NCBI GenBank assembly: GCA_000388065.2
Contig: KB932221.1
Reading direction: 5' to 3' (one strand)
DNA from: Fonticula alba ATCC 38817
Lineage: Eukaryota > Protista > Nucleariida
Length of the DNA: 23,044 nt
Below the pieces are notes generated by a model. That model was given only the letters and a program-made list of their open reading frames with translations, searched no databases and was not told where the DNA came from. The position numbers and the translations under genes were made by a program. Shown here in pieces: positions 1 through 12,211 of the stretch (the stretch's first letter is position 1; every line of letters starts with the position of its first letter).

Positions 1-240
1 GCGGATGAGGACGCGGATGAGGACGCGGATGGGGACGCGGATGAGGATGCGGATGAGGACGCGGATGAGGACGCGGATGAGGACGAGGACGACGATGAGG
101 ATGAAGACGACGATGAGGACGACGATGAGGACGAGGACGACGATGAGGACGAGGACGACGCCGGAGCTGATGCTGAAGAAGCTGACGTCGAGGAGGCTGA
201 GGCCGAAGATGCCGACGTCGAGGAGGCTGAGGCCGAAGAG
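1..240 (-). repeat. Coding tandem repeats of the Ser/Ala-rich stalk
   Basis: 12-nt unit GCGGATGAGGAC x7 (1-84), then GAGGAC/GACGAT-type units, then a 30-nt unit x2 (181-210, 211-240). On the minus strand these read SSSA and SSASASSTSA in the frame of exon 2. Confidence 0.85.
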
Positions 241-2784
241 GAGGCAGCAGAGGAGGAGGCGTCCAACTCGGCGGGGCTCGCCCGAAGTGAAGCCTGGCGG
301 CCGGACAAGGCGCTTGCCTGTTGGCCGGGAGATGGGCCGGCGAGGGGGTTGTTCGTGTGAACAAAGTCCGAATCGTCTGCCGAGGTTCGTGCATCGCCAA
401 AGCGGACGAGATCCCACGGATGGGCAACCAACCCGCCGGAGGGCGTTTGACGATAGAGCCAAGCCAGCGGCCGGCCGGTGGCCGGAGCCATGTGTGGCAC
501 CATGGTTGAGGGGCTGTCCGAATGGTTGTGCGGGTCGATCACCAGGAGCAGGCTGCCGTTGGACTGGAGCTCGAGGAGGTTGGCCCCGAACCGGGCTACC
601 GTGGGTGATAGACGCTGGCCAGGGGTGTTGGAAGTCCGGGTCCCGTTGATTTCAACCGGGCTGTGGGCCGTGAGGGCGCACTCGTCGGCCGGATTGGAGC
701 CGGGCAATGTGCAGCTGAGCACCATGCTGGACCGGCGGGAGTTATTTTCAAAGAGCAGGGTAAGATACACCCGGTTTTCCGAGACAACCTTGGTACTCAG
801 CTCCAGGAGAAGCTGCACCGGGCCGATGTTCGGGAAATTGGCCAGAGGCTGGAGCGGCAGCGGCCCGGTGGGATTGGCGACCAGTTGTGCTCCATCCAGA
901 GCTTGGAGTTGGCCATCATCCATGGCCACAATGAATGTCCCGGAGCCCTGGGAGTCAGCCAGCGAAGCATTGGACACATAGAGCCGCCCATTGCGGAGGG
1001 TGGCACGGGTGGAGGTCAAAGCCGACATCCGGCCTGCCCCTTGTTGGGGAATCGGCTGAATGGACGCCGCCATCCCCGACGAAGGGGCAGCCAGGATGCA
1101 TTCCTCCCCGGCAGGCTGGAAGCCCGGTGAGCATTCAGCCAGGCAGCTGGTTGGCGCCTGGCCGGGCGCGGTGGCCGGCTGCAGGAGGAAGCCCATTTCG
1201 CAGGCGGTGCACACTCCACCGACACAGGCACGGCAATGGTCCCCGGGACAGGGCTCGCAAGCATCTGGGGCGGGGGGCCGAAGGGGGGATTCGTGCGTCA
1301 AGCGGAGACAGTGAGCATGGGCGCATGTGAGAAAGGGTGGAAGGGAGAGAGAGAGGGAGGAGAGGGGGGGAGGAGGGAGAAATGTAGGTTGATGTGCTGG
1401 GAAAAGCAGGCGAGGGCCAGGCGTCGCCCGAAACGCGGCGAAGGATAAGCGCCAAGAGGGGAAAGGAGAGTGAGCGGAGAAATCCGGGCGGCCACGTACA
1501 TCGATGCGGCCCGAGGGACACTTGATAATAGCCATCTGCACAGCCGGCACACAGCTCCACCGGGGAGAGCAGCGGGGCAAAGGCGCGGCCCGGGGCACAG
1601 GCCCACCCTGCGCTGGACGAGTCACAGACGATGCTGGGATCGGCGCCGGCACAGGCAAACTGCTGGTCAGTGGGGAAGACACGCGAGCCGGAGCTCGGGA
1701 GCCAGTGCTCCATCAGTTCGCCCGACCCGTGGGCCATCAACGCGGGCAGGATGCCGGCCGAAGGGAGGTCCATCGATGCCGGAACCTGGACACGCTGCCA
1801 AAGGAGACCCTGTGGATGGTAGTTCACACGCCAGAGGACCGGCGAGTCGGCTGCCTGTTGGACCAGGAACAGATAGCCGGTGGGGCGGGTGATGTGCGGC
1901 ACGCGGGGCACCATGTGCAGGGAAAGGTTGTTCCGCGTGGCCGGCAGGGGATCCGTCAGGACATCCTGCCAGGCGCCATCACTGCTGACGCCGAGATAGA
2001 CCAAGAGCCGGGTGGCGGTCAGGACCACCAGGTCCATGCGGCTGGAGCTCGATGTGATCAGCCGAGTGGCGGCCAGGCCGAGCACCGGCTCATTGACATT
2101 GACGATCACCGGGTCCTCATCAAACTCGAGCCATGCCCAGCCGGTGGTGGTGGCTGCAAACAGGTGCCCAGGCAGGCCGGCGGTGGCCGAAGAGGCGCGG
2201 AAGGTCAAGCGCTCCGACTCCCATTCACCCTCGAATCGCTGGATGAGCTTGGCGTTGGAGCCCTCGAGTCCGACCAGTAGCCGGCCGGCTTGGCGACCGA
2301 TGGCCTCGGCCGCCAAGAGAGTGGCCGGCGGGTCGGATTGGGGGAGGTTGAAGATGTAGTTTCGGGGGCTGGTGGTGGTGAGGGCCAGCGTCCGGGCATT
2401 CTGCCAGGCAAACAGCGGAGACGCGCCGCGCAAGGGCAGGGCCATCAGCGAGCCGGCGGCCTCTTCGGGAATGCCCTGGAAGGTGAAGGTCTCGATGGGG
2501 TCCCGGGCGAACAGCGAGCCCAATCTCAGCCCCGGGAAGAGGGTCTGCTCGGTGCGCTGCTCGAAGAGGGCGCTTTCCAGGTGGCCAAGGGTGTACTGTG
2601 TGATGGGGATCGTGGGATGGATGCGCCCCTGGCGCGGTGCATCGAGGGGCCCCGATGTGTGGGGGCTCTGGACAAGCAGCAAGTCCGGCAGGTCGGCATC
2701 CGGGTCGAGGTCAGCGCGGGCCCGGAGTCTCACCGGGGCCAAGATGCCCAGGAGCAGCAGTGACTGCAACAAGCGCAGCAGCAT
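1..2784 (-). CDS. Large secreted/cell-surface Cys-rich protein, 5' part only: join(complement(1500..2784), complement(<1..1264)). Signal peptide, beta-rich (propeller-like) region, EGF/furin-like Cys repeats, second beta-rich region, Ser/Ala-rich stalk. May be the ectodomain of a receptor (kinase); the C-terminus is outside the window.
   Basis: ATG at 2784 begins MLLRLLQSLLLLGILAPVRLRA (signal-peptide-like); the in-frame upstream ORF extension is a CT-rich UTR. Exon 1 ends ...FACAGADPSIVCDSSSAGWACAPGRAFAPLLSPVELCAGCADGYYQVSLGPHR, followed by a phase-1 donor GTACGT at 1499. After the acceptor ccccgccccAG at 1266-1265 the frame continues Y-ACEPCPGDHCRACVGGVCTACEMGFLLQP...TSCLAECSPGFQPAGEEC (furin-like CxxC repeat) and stays open to base 1, ending in SSSA repeats. 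The + strand ORFs 663..1130, 1504..2280 and 2290..2763 are in-register antisense shadows. Confidence 0.88.
1265..1499 (-). other. Spliceosomal GT-AG intron, 235 nt, phase 1
   Basis: Donor GTACGT, long CT-rich polypyrimidine interior, acceptor CCCCAG. Removal joins two Cys-rich segments in frame. Confidence 0.85.
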
Positions 2785-3209
2785 GGGGGCATGGGCGGCG
2801 GGAAACCCGGGGAGGGGCACAGGCAACAGGCGAAAGTGGAAGAGAGAGAGAGAGAGGAGAGCCAAGAGGAAGAGCACAAGGGAAGCAAGAGGACGGGGGG
2901 GGAGGGGAGATGGGGTGTTCCGGCTCTTCCGGGCGACAAGGCAGGGGTCTTTAGAGTGCCAGAGGTGCCTTTCCCGCTGTGATGGTGCGGCGTATGATGG
3001 GATCTCTTGCGGGGAGAGGCCTGGGCAGGGTGCACGAAGAGTGCAAGCTGGCGGGAACAAGAGACAAGTGTGCTGGAGAAGGGGAAGCAGGACGAGCAGA
3101 AAGCCCAAGCGCAGTGACCAATTGCGCGACCGAGAGGGAGAAGGCGACGGGCACCGAGACTCGCGCACCCGCGCCGATGGGCATACGCCAAGACATTGTC
3201 GTTCAAGCT

Positions 3210-3332
3210 CACGCGCGCGTACCCATGCACACACACACACACACATTCACACACACATGGCTATGCCCAAAGACATACGCATTTACATTTACATACACAT
3301 TCACAAAGACAAATACACACACACACACATGC
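3210..3332. repeat. (CA)n microsatellite and degenerate NNNACA hexamer tract, about 430-550 nt upstream of the start codon at 2784
   Basis: cacgcgcgcgtac...(ca)n...tttaca tttaca tacaca ttcaca aagaca aataca cacaca. Confidence 0.8.
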
Positions 3333-4043
3333 AAAAAACACCTGCGCACAGGCCAACCACCGCTGGGGAAGATCCCCACAACCCGCGACACCCGTATCTG
3401 AGGCTGAGTCCAACGAGACCCCCTCGAATCCCAAACACCCGTCTGCCAGGCGGTCGGACAAGTCTGGCCACTGCCCCGCGCGGATGGGGGACCTCTTTCT
3501 TGGGGGAGTTTTTTCATGCTCGCTCTCGGAGAGGGGCCAGCTGGATCCCAGGCTTGCCGGGGACCACACTGCAAACCATGCTCGGCCTACGGTCGCGTGG
3601 AGATCGGCCCGACCACGATCGTGCGGATTGCCCAGGGAATAGCTCGGACGTGATTCCCCCGTCGCCGTCCCCACGCCCCTTGGCCTTATACAACGCCAGA
3701 TGTGCTCCGCGGCCCGGCCCAGCCCGGCCCGGCCCCGCGCCCCCCCCCCCCCCCCCCGTTTACAATGTGCGGCCACACCGCCGGGGGTGGGCCGGCGACA
3801 GGCGGCCGGCACAGGTACCACCGGACCCGGCTAAACCACGAAATCCGGGCCCCCTCTCGCCCGAGGCAGGTATGTGCGGGCGCGATATGCGCTCCCACAC
3901 GGAAGCCCACGTGCTCCTGCCATTTTTTCGGGTCAACCTAGAATGCAACCACCGGGATCGGGCGGCCTGGGCTTCGTTTGCCGGGCGCGGGTTTCACACT
4001 CGGGGGGCGGGCCTGCATCGCGGGGCATGCTACCCGTGCAGGA

Positions 4044-4229
4044 GGGGGGGGGGGGGGGGGGGGGGGGGCCGTGGCGAGCGAAACACGTGCGNNNNNNNNN
4101 NNNNNNNNNNNNNNNNNNNNNNNNNNNNNNNNNNNNNNNNNNNNNNNNNNNNNNNNNNNNNNNNNNNNNNNNNNNNNNNNNNNGGCCGCGGGATCGGGCC
4201 GGCCGGCGTGCCGCGCCTCCGGGGCGCCG

Positions 4230-4268
<39 letters not shown>
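4044..4268. repeat. Poly-G tracts (25 G at 4044-4068; 38 G at 4231-4268) flanking an assembly gap (N 4092-4183)
   Basis: Read directly from the sequence. Confidence 0.95.
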
Positions 4269-4270
<2 letters not shown>

Positions 4271-4388
4271 GGGCGGCGGTCAGCCGACAGACGCCGAGGA
4301 AGGCCCTCCGAGATATGTCGCTCTCGGAGGTTCGCGACCTCCGACTGGTCATTGGAAATGCACATGCCTTCCGAAAGGGCCACTCGCT

Positions 4389-4409
4389 CGCGCGCGCGCG
4401 CGCGCACAC
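4389..4409. repeat. (CG)8-(CA) alternating purine-pyrimidine tract
   Basis: cgcgcgcgcgcgcgcgcacac. Confidence 0.9.
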
Positions 4410-7400
4410 CCACACCCACCAAACACCAAGGCACGACGATTATTTGGATGCGGGCATTTGGCCACGGCAGTCTCCCACGTAGTTGTTGTTTCGGGCCCCG
4501 TCTCGCGCGATTGCTCGTCAGGACCACATGCATCTCCATCGGCATAGGACCTGAGAGGAGAGAAGTGCATTTGTCTCGGTGCCCCCCGTCCCTGGCTCGG
4601 GCCTATGGCGGCCTGGCCTGATCGACATCCCGCAAGAGGCGCATGCATCTGTGTCGCAATTTCGTCGCATTCCGCCTGAGCATACGTGGGGGTGTGGACG
4701 TCTCTCCGGCCGATGCTCGCCCCTGGCCAGTGAGCGCCGGTACTTATCCTCCCCGGTGGAAAGCCGACCAGCTCCCTATGTGGGGTTGGACATTTCGTCG
4801 GTCGGTGGTGTTGATAACCTGTGTCGGCCATTTGGCATATGCTGCTGCTTATGATGGTAGCCGCGAAAGAGCGAAGGGCGACCTTTCGGTCGGGGAGGGG
4901 AGGGACCATGCCCCGGTATCTCAGCAACATCACACGAGGCACCCAGTGATGCTGAAGTGGGATTTTCCTCGACGTTTGCCCCCCCGCAAGCTGTACACCT
5001 TTGGATCGGGAAGGGTAGCTGCCTCCCGGGAGCCTTCTGACTGCGCCTGCGAGTGACCATGGACCCGATGAGGCCCTTGATCCCCCTCGCTCCTCCCTTG
5101 CGCCTCTCCGAGAGGCAGTATTTTAATCCAAACGAACAGCGGGGGGGGGGAGAGAGAGAGAGACGAGGCAACACATGCACTTGGCGCTGACGTCTAAGAA
5201 GCTGACATCTCTGCTCCCCGAGCTAAGATGGGCCTGTTCCCTAGTTGTCGGCTGTGGACCGCTCGCCCGACAGGGCCTATCCACTGGGCCTTTCGCCTAG
5301 AGAGGCACACCAGGGCCCGGGATATCGGCTGAGGAATGTCTCGATACGCATCACTCTTCTGATCCTCTTGACCGAACAGTACCCAAACGGCACTGCCATC
5401 GCGCGGCCCTGGTCTCGGGCTCCGACTTACCTCCGGCCGGAGGATGGATTCGAAACGGAGATACTTGTGGGACATCCACGATCCACAGACCCAAATCACT
5501 CGGGCCTGCGCAGGGCTGACGCACCAACAGCGAGTGGAACATCTTTTCAGGGCACATGCACGGTGGCTGGCGATCACTGGATTCGGAACTCCCCGGCTGG
5601 CAGCCAGCCCTGGCTCCTTGGCTTTGGCGAAGAGGAGGCGATGCATCAGGGAAGAGAGTATGAGGGGGGGGGGGAATGATAGGCAAGGAGATGCGGGCCT
5701 AGCCAGGGATGTGTCCTCATTGGAACCCCCGACTCGAGGGGTGTCTCGACCGTGACACACCCGGCCAGGCATTGGTGGGCAGCCAGGACCGATGCCGCTT
5801 CCTGGCGAGGGGCCCCCGCGGTCCGTTGGGCTCGCAGCGGTCCCAGCCCGGCCCGACATCGAAGGGGCCGCGCAACTGCCCCCGGCCCCGCATCAGGGGG
5901 CGGACCTGCCTTGGCAAGTGGGACATACCAACGCATCGGAATCTGGTGTTTCATGCCGGTGGCACTACTCGGGCGTGGCCGAGGGGGCGCCAGACATGCC
6001 GCCCGGGTCTGGCTCCCGGTCCCCTGCCAGCAGGGGTCTGTCATCTCTAACGGACGCCAAGCCCAGGGGTCCGGCCGCCCGCCATGCCTCGGCCCCTCGA
6101 TGGGCGGCGGCGCGGGTGCCGAGTGAGACCGGCGCGCCCCTTTCGGCGCCCTCTCCCGGGCAGAGGGGGCGTCTTCCTCGACCCCTTTCGAGGAGGTCAG
6201 CCCCGCTCTGTGGACTTTCCCTTCTCCCTCTCGCTCTCTCTCCCTCCGTCTCCCCCCCCTCTCTCTCTCTCTCCCTCTCTCGGCCTCTTGAATCCCGGAG
6301 ATATTCCGGACCGTAGCCCTTTGGTGCTTCCTCCTCAGGCCGAGTCCTGTCCTCTCGCTGACCTGCGGCCGGTCAACCCGGCTATTGGTCCCAAGAAGGC
6401 CAATGTTCATGTTGTCGCGGTCCTTTCTCCTTCCGGATTGGCTTCTGCCGAGGACCTCACGGGTGGCCCTCCTTCTCGCCTGAAATGGACCCGCTTCCTG
6501 TGGTCTACCTTGCCCCGCATCTGTTCCGAAGCCCGTACATCCATCAGCCATCCACAATCCTGCCTCTCTTTTTATCTTGCTTTTTCTTTCGGCCCCTGGC
6601 GACATCCCCGGCGGTGCTGCAGTCTTCCTCGGCTGCCTCCATTTTTCGGGCCAAACGGACTGGAGGTCATTCTTCCCGGCTGAGTCCTTCTCTCTTCGAC
6701 TGACACTCTGTGGGGATGCTCGTCGGCCCGATGCGCTCTCTTTGGACTTGGAGACGCCATTCCACGCGAGATATCGCCCCATCCGGCGGTACACCTTGGC
6801 TCCGGCCGGATGCCCATCTATCGAGCCGTGCGTGAAGAGCCGGATGGCGATGAATCTGCGCTTCCCGTACCCGAGACCTGGCAGGTGCATTTTACTCCGC
6901 ACGAAGTGATCGCCCGTGGACGGGGCTGCGCATGGGCATCCCTGCGTGCCTACAACATGGCGGGAATGGATTGCATCCGGTGTTCGCAGCAGGGCAGTTC
7001 GGTTTCGCGTACAGCACATAGGGTCAAGATGCCGGTCATCCATTCACACCGGGCGGACCCTCGTTCGAGAGCAGGGGAGACTCCTCCATGTTCGAGTGCG
7101 ATCAACCTGGTGATGGCGGCACTCCAGGGGCATTGGGTCCGCCCATTTGGCGCGGCTCGGCTGTTGCACGGCCTCCTGTCCTCGCTGCCTGGGCCGGACA
7201 GTGCCGCACGATCGACCGCGTCCGGCCACTCTCGAACAAAGGCCGACGTCTGCCGGGGACCGAGATGACGGCCACGGAGGGGGATTCCGATGATGTGCGC
7301 CGAGCACTTGGGGCGGCATGACGCTGGAGCCCGGCGGCGGAAGGTCCCTCAATTGTTTGGGCTCCCTTCGTGCAGCGTGAGCCACTGGTTCACATTCCCT

Positions 7401-8191
7401 TGTTGAATTGCGTGGGTCGATTGCTCCCCCCGCCCCTCCCCGGGCTGGCTGAGGCCATGGGAGCTTTGTCGGCGTGGGCCTGGCATTCATTGTCCAGGTG
7501 GAGCTGAATGGAAAGTGCCATTTGGGAATGACCCTGTGGAGGACCATCCCTTCGAGGCCGGCGAGGGCCATGGGCACGGGGATACCGTCATGGGGGATGT
7601 CCCTTCCCTTCCTCACGGCCTACTGGCTGTCCGTCGTCCAAGCAGCAAAGGCGCTGCCAGGGGCCTGCAGGCGACATGCCCTTGCTGGTGCCTTGTCGGG
7701 GCGGGGAGGAGCCTCGCCCTGGGAAGCGGTGTATGCGTCGTGCTGTCGAACACGCGGACATCAGCCCTTCTGGGGACCCCTGGCGGATAGCTTTTCCGCT
7801 CGTTGGGTCAGCACACTCATGAGTGCCATCACGGGGGAAGGGGGGCCGGGACCCCAACACCGGTGGGCCGGCGTGGAGACGGCACACTGGCGAGACCCGG
7901 TCACACCCAGGGCGGTGGGTGCCCGGCCGTGGGGTTGACAGACTGGCGTGCCGTGACGGCCCCAATCGAATGCGGGCGGGCCGAACGCCCACTTTGATGG
8001 GACTGCATGGCGGGCTATTGTCCGGAGCTCGGGCAGTCCCGAGTGTTGAAAGGCTGGAGTGGCCGGGGCCGTGGGCGAGGAGGGGCCACTTTCCACGGGG
8101 GCTGCCTTGGCGAGGGAGTGTGCGCCAGGAGCCGAGAGATCCCATCCCCATGAGCATAAATGGGATATGTCGGAGCAGCTCGTCCAAGAGT

Positions 8192-8263
8192 GGGAGATTA
8201 GTCTAGTGGTATGATTCTCGCTTCGGGTGCGAGAGGTCCCGAGTTCGATTCCCGGATCTCCCC
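8192..8263 (+). tRNA. trnP-CGG: tRNA-Pro (anticodon CGG), copy 1, intronless
   Basis: GGGAGAT/ATCTCCC acceptor stem; A box TAGTCTAGTGG; anticodon arm CTCGC-TTCGGGT-GCGAG; T arm CCGAG-TTCGATT-CCCGG. Closely resembles eukaryotic tRNA-Pro. T5 at 8268-8272. Confidence 0.95.
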
Positions 8264-8267
8264 GTTC

Positions 8268-8272
8268 TTTTT
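8268..8272 (+). terminator. Pol III terminator (T5) of tRNA-Pro copy 1
   Basis: TTTTT 4 nt after the discriminator base. Confidence 0.8.
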
Positions 8273-9086
8273 GGGTCTGGTACGATCATGGCTCCGTTCC
8301 GGGCTTTTTCCAATCCCTGCCTGGTGGCGGGTGGCGAATCAGGTCATTCCGCTTTTTTTTTTTTGGGAGCACACTCCTGCCGGGGGCGCCTGAGCGCGAG
8401 TGCGCCTCGCACACGCCCCGATGACTGCACATGTGGACCGCGCCCCATACGCGGGGGCCCGGTGGCAGTCGCGGTCCATTGATGACATCAACGCTGCCGG
8501 AGCGTGGCCCTCTCTGTTGCCGGCGCTGTCGCCGCCGTCTCTTGGTGGACAGGGGAGAACGTCGTGCGCCATGGTCCTGGTGCCGGGGCCCTGGACGCGA
8601 GGCCGGGTAGAGAGTGCGCCGGGCGGGCAAAGTGCCTCGTCAGAAAAATGCGTATGGGTGCCACGGGCGGGGTGCTGCTACCATATCGGGGCTGGGTAAT
8701 TTCATTATTTTTTTACCGGCCCCGGCGTCGAGGGCGAGAACGGTCGAAAGCCTGGCGAGTCCGGCATACCTGACAATTGTGGCGGAAGCCCCCAAGACAC
8801 AAAGACGCGCAGCCCCGACATCGGAAAGGGTTCATGTCCCGGGCTGGGTAGCTGATCGCTGGGGAACCGCGAAAAGCGCTCGGCTTCAATCGAGCTGGTC
8901 AGGACACTTCGCGGAAAGCTCTTCCCCACAGGACGCCCCACAGAGGCAAGCAGCGAGGGGATCCCACCGCGCGGCCTGCTGCATGGGAGAATCGGTGCGC
9001 ACGGCCGGGTCGGCATCACTGCGTGCCCCACTCCTGGGGACCATCGAGAGGCGAGTGTCGACCGTTGAATGCTACAGGGGCCTCGT

Positions 9087-9177
9087 TGTCCGAGATGGGC
9101 TCTTTCATTTTTCGCGACACACGAGATGAGCCGCTCTTTCAGTCTGTCCTGCCAGCTGAGGCCGTCCCCCCCCCCCC
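9087..9177 (+). repeat. ~91-bp direct repeat, copy A; ends in poly-C at the gap N 9178-9187
   Basis: tgtccgagatgggctctttcatttttcgcgacacacgagatgagccgctctttcagtctgtcctgccagctgaggccgt+C12, identical to 10531-10621. Confidence 0.9.
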
Positions 9178-9187
9178 NNNNNNNNNN

Positions 9188-9247
<60 letters not shown>
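9188..9247. repeat. (CT)n microsatellite directly after a 10-N gap
   Basis: Read directly from the sequence. Confidence 0.95.
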
Positions 9248-9255
<8 letters not shown>

Positions 9256-10459
9256 CTCTGTCTCTTTCTTGGCCGCGTGTGGAGGGGAGGTTTTTTCCAC
9301 TCAGAGTATTATTCGGGGGTTACCTTCGTTTGGGCTTTTTTTCCTCCCATGCCTTTTCGGCCGTCCGATGGATGGATGCATCTCACTTGGCAGACAGTGC
9401 CCTTTGATTGTGTCTTGGCCTGCCTCGGGGACCGGTCGGGCGAGTGGAGGACCGAGGGCTTGCCGAGGCCAATGACCTCGGGTGGCTCTCCCACCGCAGG
9501 CCCACTGGCGAGGGTACTCGGAGTGTAGGAGCCCCAGGCTCGACGGGCTCTCTCCCGGGCATGTGTGTGCATGCTGGCCATGTCCAGTCAGAGGAACTTG
9601 ACAAGATTCACCACACTTCCCGGTAGGTCCCCGGGACATGGATCGAGGATCCGCGCGGCGGGCCGAGATAGCGACCGGCCCGACTCGATCCCTCGCGCCT
9701 TCGAAGGAGCATACGAGATTGGTCGGCCTGCCGGTGACTGGTGGACAAGGTGCTGCGGGGCCGGGATCGAGGTCGGGAGCTTAGCGACATCCGCCTGGGG
9801 GGAGGCCCTCGGGAGACGTTTATGGCCGGCAACCGGTGCGCGGATATCGCCAGGACGGGAACAATGCCTTTGGCGACGATGACGAAGCCGTCCCCCGGGC
9901 ACCCCGCGGCAGGGGGTGACACTCATCCCCCCGCTGTCCCTGGTGCAGCCGGGTTGGGAGGCCGCAATTCTCTTGCCGTTGCCATGTCCCAAAAAGCGAC
10001 AGAGAGACGGCCAGTCACAACTCTTGGCCATCGGCGATGTCTTTCACTGTGGACATGGGCAAATGGTAGATGGTTCAACGGGGTCCAGCGGATGGAGGCC
10101 GCTCCAGCTCGCTCGCCAGGAAGTCCCCTCGGAGCACCTAAGGGAAGGGGGGGAGATCTGCTGCCTATTCCCCTCCCGGAAGGAGCCCACCCTTAAAGCA
10201 TGAGGATGCCGTGCGGTCCTCCAACAAGATGTCAAATCGGCCTGGGTCATGTCGCCCCTCCACGATCGGCCTCAAACGGGACGATTTGTTCCAGCGGCCA
10301 GGGGGGCCCACCACGGTAGGGGATCCCTAACCATGCACAAGACCGCAGGGGAGACAGGGGAATGGCCCTCCATCCAAGGGCACAGACCAAACACCCGCTT
10401 GACCACTCTCCTGGGCCCTCCATCGAGCGATTACCCCGGATGCCGGGCACACACACATG

Positions 10460-10484
10460 CTCTCTCTCTCTCTCTCTCTCTCTC
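10460..10484. repeat. (CT)n microsatellite
   Basis: Read directly from the sequence. Confidence 0.9.
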
Positions 10485-10530
10485 CTTCCCCCCCTCTCAG
10501 AGGGCCCGGTATCCGACGCACTGGCCCCAA

Positions 10531-10622
10531 TGTCCGAGATGGGCTCTTTCATTTTTCGCGACACACGAGATGAGCCGCTCTTTCAGTCTGTCCTGCCAGC
10601 TGAGGCCGTCCCCCCCCCCCCC
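10531..10622 (+). repeat. ~91-bp direct repeat, copy B
   Basis: Identical to 9087-9177; ends in C13. Confidence 0.9.
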
Positions 10623-11508
10623 GAATGCCGAGCGTCAGCCAAGGGGGCATGACAGCGGTCGGCCTCTGTGGTGCGTCATTCGCCCGGCTCGCCCACCAAG
10701 CCGGCCAGTCGTGTTAGGCGCCCGGGCCAACGAGGCGTTGGCCCTTGCCGTTGCTGAACCGCTTGTGGCTGTCAACATGCCGGAAAAGCCGGATCATGGG
10801 CTCCCTCGCATTCGATCGACGATGTACCTGGGAATGGGAACACGGACATGCGTCAGGTACACCGGTGAGGCGAGGGCCAGAGTCTCCCGGCCATGCCTCA
10901 TCAAGTTCACCGGCTGGTAGGGGCCAAGCTCCTCACTGGGACGTACCCATTCAGGGGAGTCCTGAAAGGCCGCACCCCCGACCGCTCGGTTCCCATGAGA
11001 CCAACACGCCGGGGGGGCTTGTCGGAATGCGGCGCCAAACTGGGCGCTCCGCGCGACAAGCAAAGATGCCATTGTCGTTCTCCGGCGCGGCCCGGCGGCC
11101 TGTGGAGATTCCCGCTGGGCGCCCCAGGCTTGGTGCCCGACAGGCAAAAGTGCCTCCTTGTGCTTGGAACATTTGGAGGGGCTGGTAGCTCGAGAAAAGG
11201 GGGCGCTCCCTCGTCGCATGGCAAGGGGAGGTCCTCTCCTCGGGGCTGGCCTCGGCATCAGACCATGCAGGCCCCGGACAGGCCGATGCCAGTCCGCACC
11301 GGTGGGGCCCGGGCTTTAGAGAGCGGCCATGCGGGAAGTTCACCGGGCTCCCGGGCGGAGGACTGCGACTAGATTGGTGGCTCGCCGGCTGCCCCTCACC
11401 GGTCCAGGGCAGGAGACGGCGCCTGTTGGCAAGGACAGAAAGGTGGGGACGAGGGGCTGCCATTCGGAACTAACAAATAGGAAAACCAGGGGCCACTCAC
11501 TCATCGGT

Positions 11509-11580
11509 GGGAGATTAGTCTAGTGGTATGATTCTCGCTTCGGGTGCGAGAGGTCCCGAGTTCGATTCCCGGATCTCCCC
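11509..11580 (+). tRNA. trnP-CGG: tRNA-Pro (anticodon CGG), copy 2
   Basis: Identical 72 nt to copy 1; T5 terminator at 11586-11590. Confidence 0.95.
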
Positions 11581-11657
11581 CATTCTTTTTCCTGCGGTCG
11601 GCATCGGGAGCATTGTGTGACTCCATCCACACCCGGGGGCAAAGAGTGGGGAGTGGG

Positions 11658-11658
<1 letters not shown>

Positions 11659-11691
<33 letters not shown>

Positions 11692-12024
11692 NNNNNNNNN
11701 NNNNNNNNNNNNNNNNNNNNNNNNNNNNNNNNNNNNNNNNNNNNNNNNNNNNNNNNNNNNNNNNNNNNNNNNNNNNNNNNNNNNNNNNNNNNNNNNNNNN
11801 NNNNNNNNNNNNNNNNNNNNNNNNNNNNNNNNNNNNNNNNNNNNNNNNNNNNNNNNNNNNNNNNNNNNNNNNNNNNNNNNNNNNNNNNNNNNNNNNNNNN
11901 NNNNNNNNNNNNNNNNNNNNNNNNNNNNNNNNNNNNNNNNNNNNNNNNNNNNNNNNNNNNNNNNNNNNNNNNNNNNNNNNNNNNNNNNNNNNNNNNNNNN
12001 NNNNNNNNNNNNNNNNCCCCCCCC
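11659..12024. other. (CT)n (11659-11691), assembly gap of 324 N (11692-12015), then poly-C
   Basis: Read directly from the sequence. Confidence 0.95.
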
Positions 12025-12211
12025 CTTGCCGAGCCTATAGGCCCCGCTTTCCGATCGTTTCGACACATCTTCAGCGATCTTTCCCCCCTTCAGAGATCCC
12101 GGGCAGCTGGCAGCGGAGGTCGGGTGGGCGGGGCCGCCGGATGGTGAACTTCCGACGCACGGACAACAATCATCTTTAAGTGATTGTATTTCGATCTGAC
12201 CACTTATCGGT

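Noticed and set aside
1-360. + strand frame-1 acidic ORF (ADEDADED...EEEA, stop at 358-360) and the 5..649 MRTR repeat ORF
   Set aside because: Both are explained as other readings of the minus-strand Ser/Ala stalk, which is in frame with a spliced, signal-peptide-bearing gene
2785-3246. N-terminal extension of the 703-aa ORF (MCVCVCAW...)
   Set aside because: Translates (TG)n and CT-rich low-complexity DNA; the signal peptide begins at ATG 2784
3584-3650. GCCTACGG...GCCCGA, resembling a 5S rRNA start
   Set aside because: Similarity is patchy; no 5S internal control region or helix pairing
2372-4621. 749-aa + strand ORF and overlapping long ORFs
   Set aside because: Runs through antisense coding sequence, microsatellites, poly-G and an N gap; no coding signal
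5792-7268. Possible multi-exon + strand gene (donor GTGAGA at 6123, CT tract, acceptors at 6316/6338)
   Set aside because: Both splice joins tried hit stop codons within about 60 codons; no coherent model
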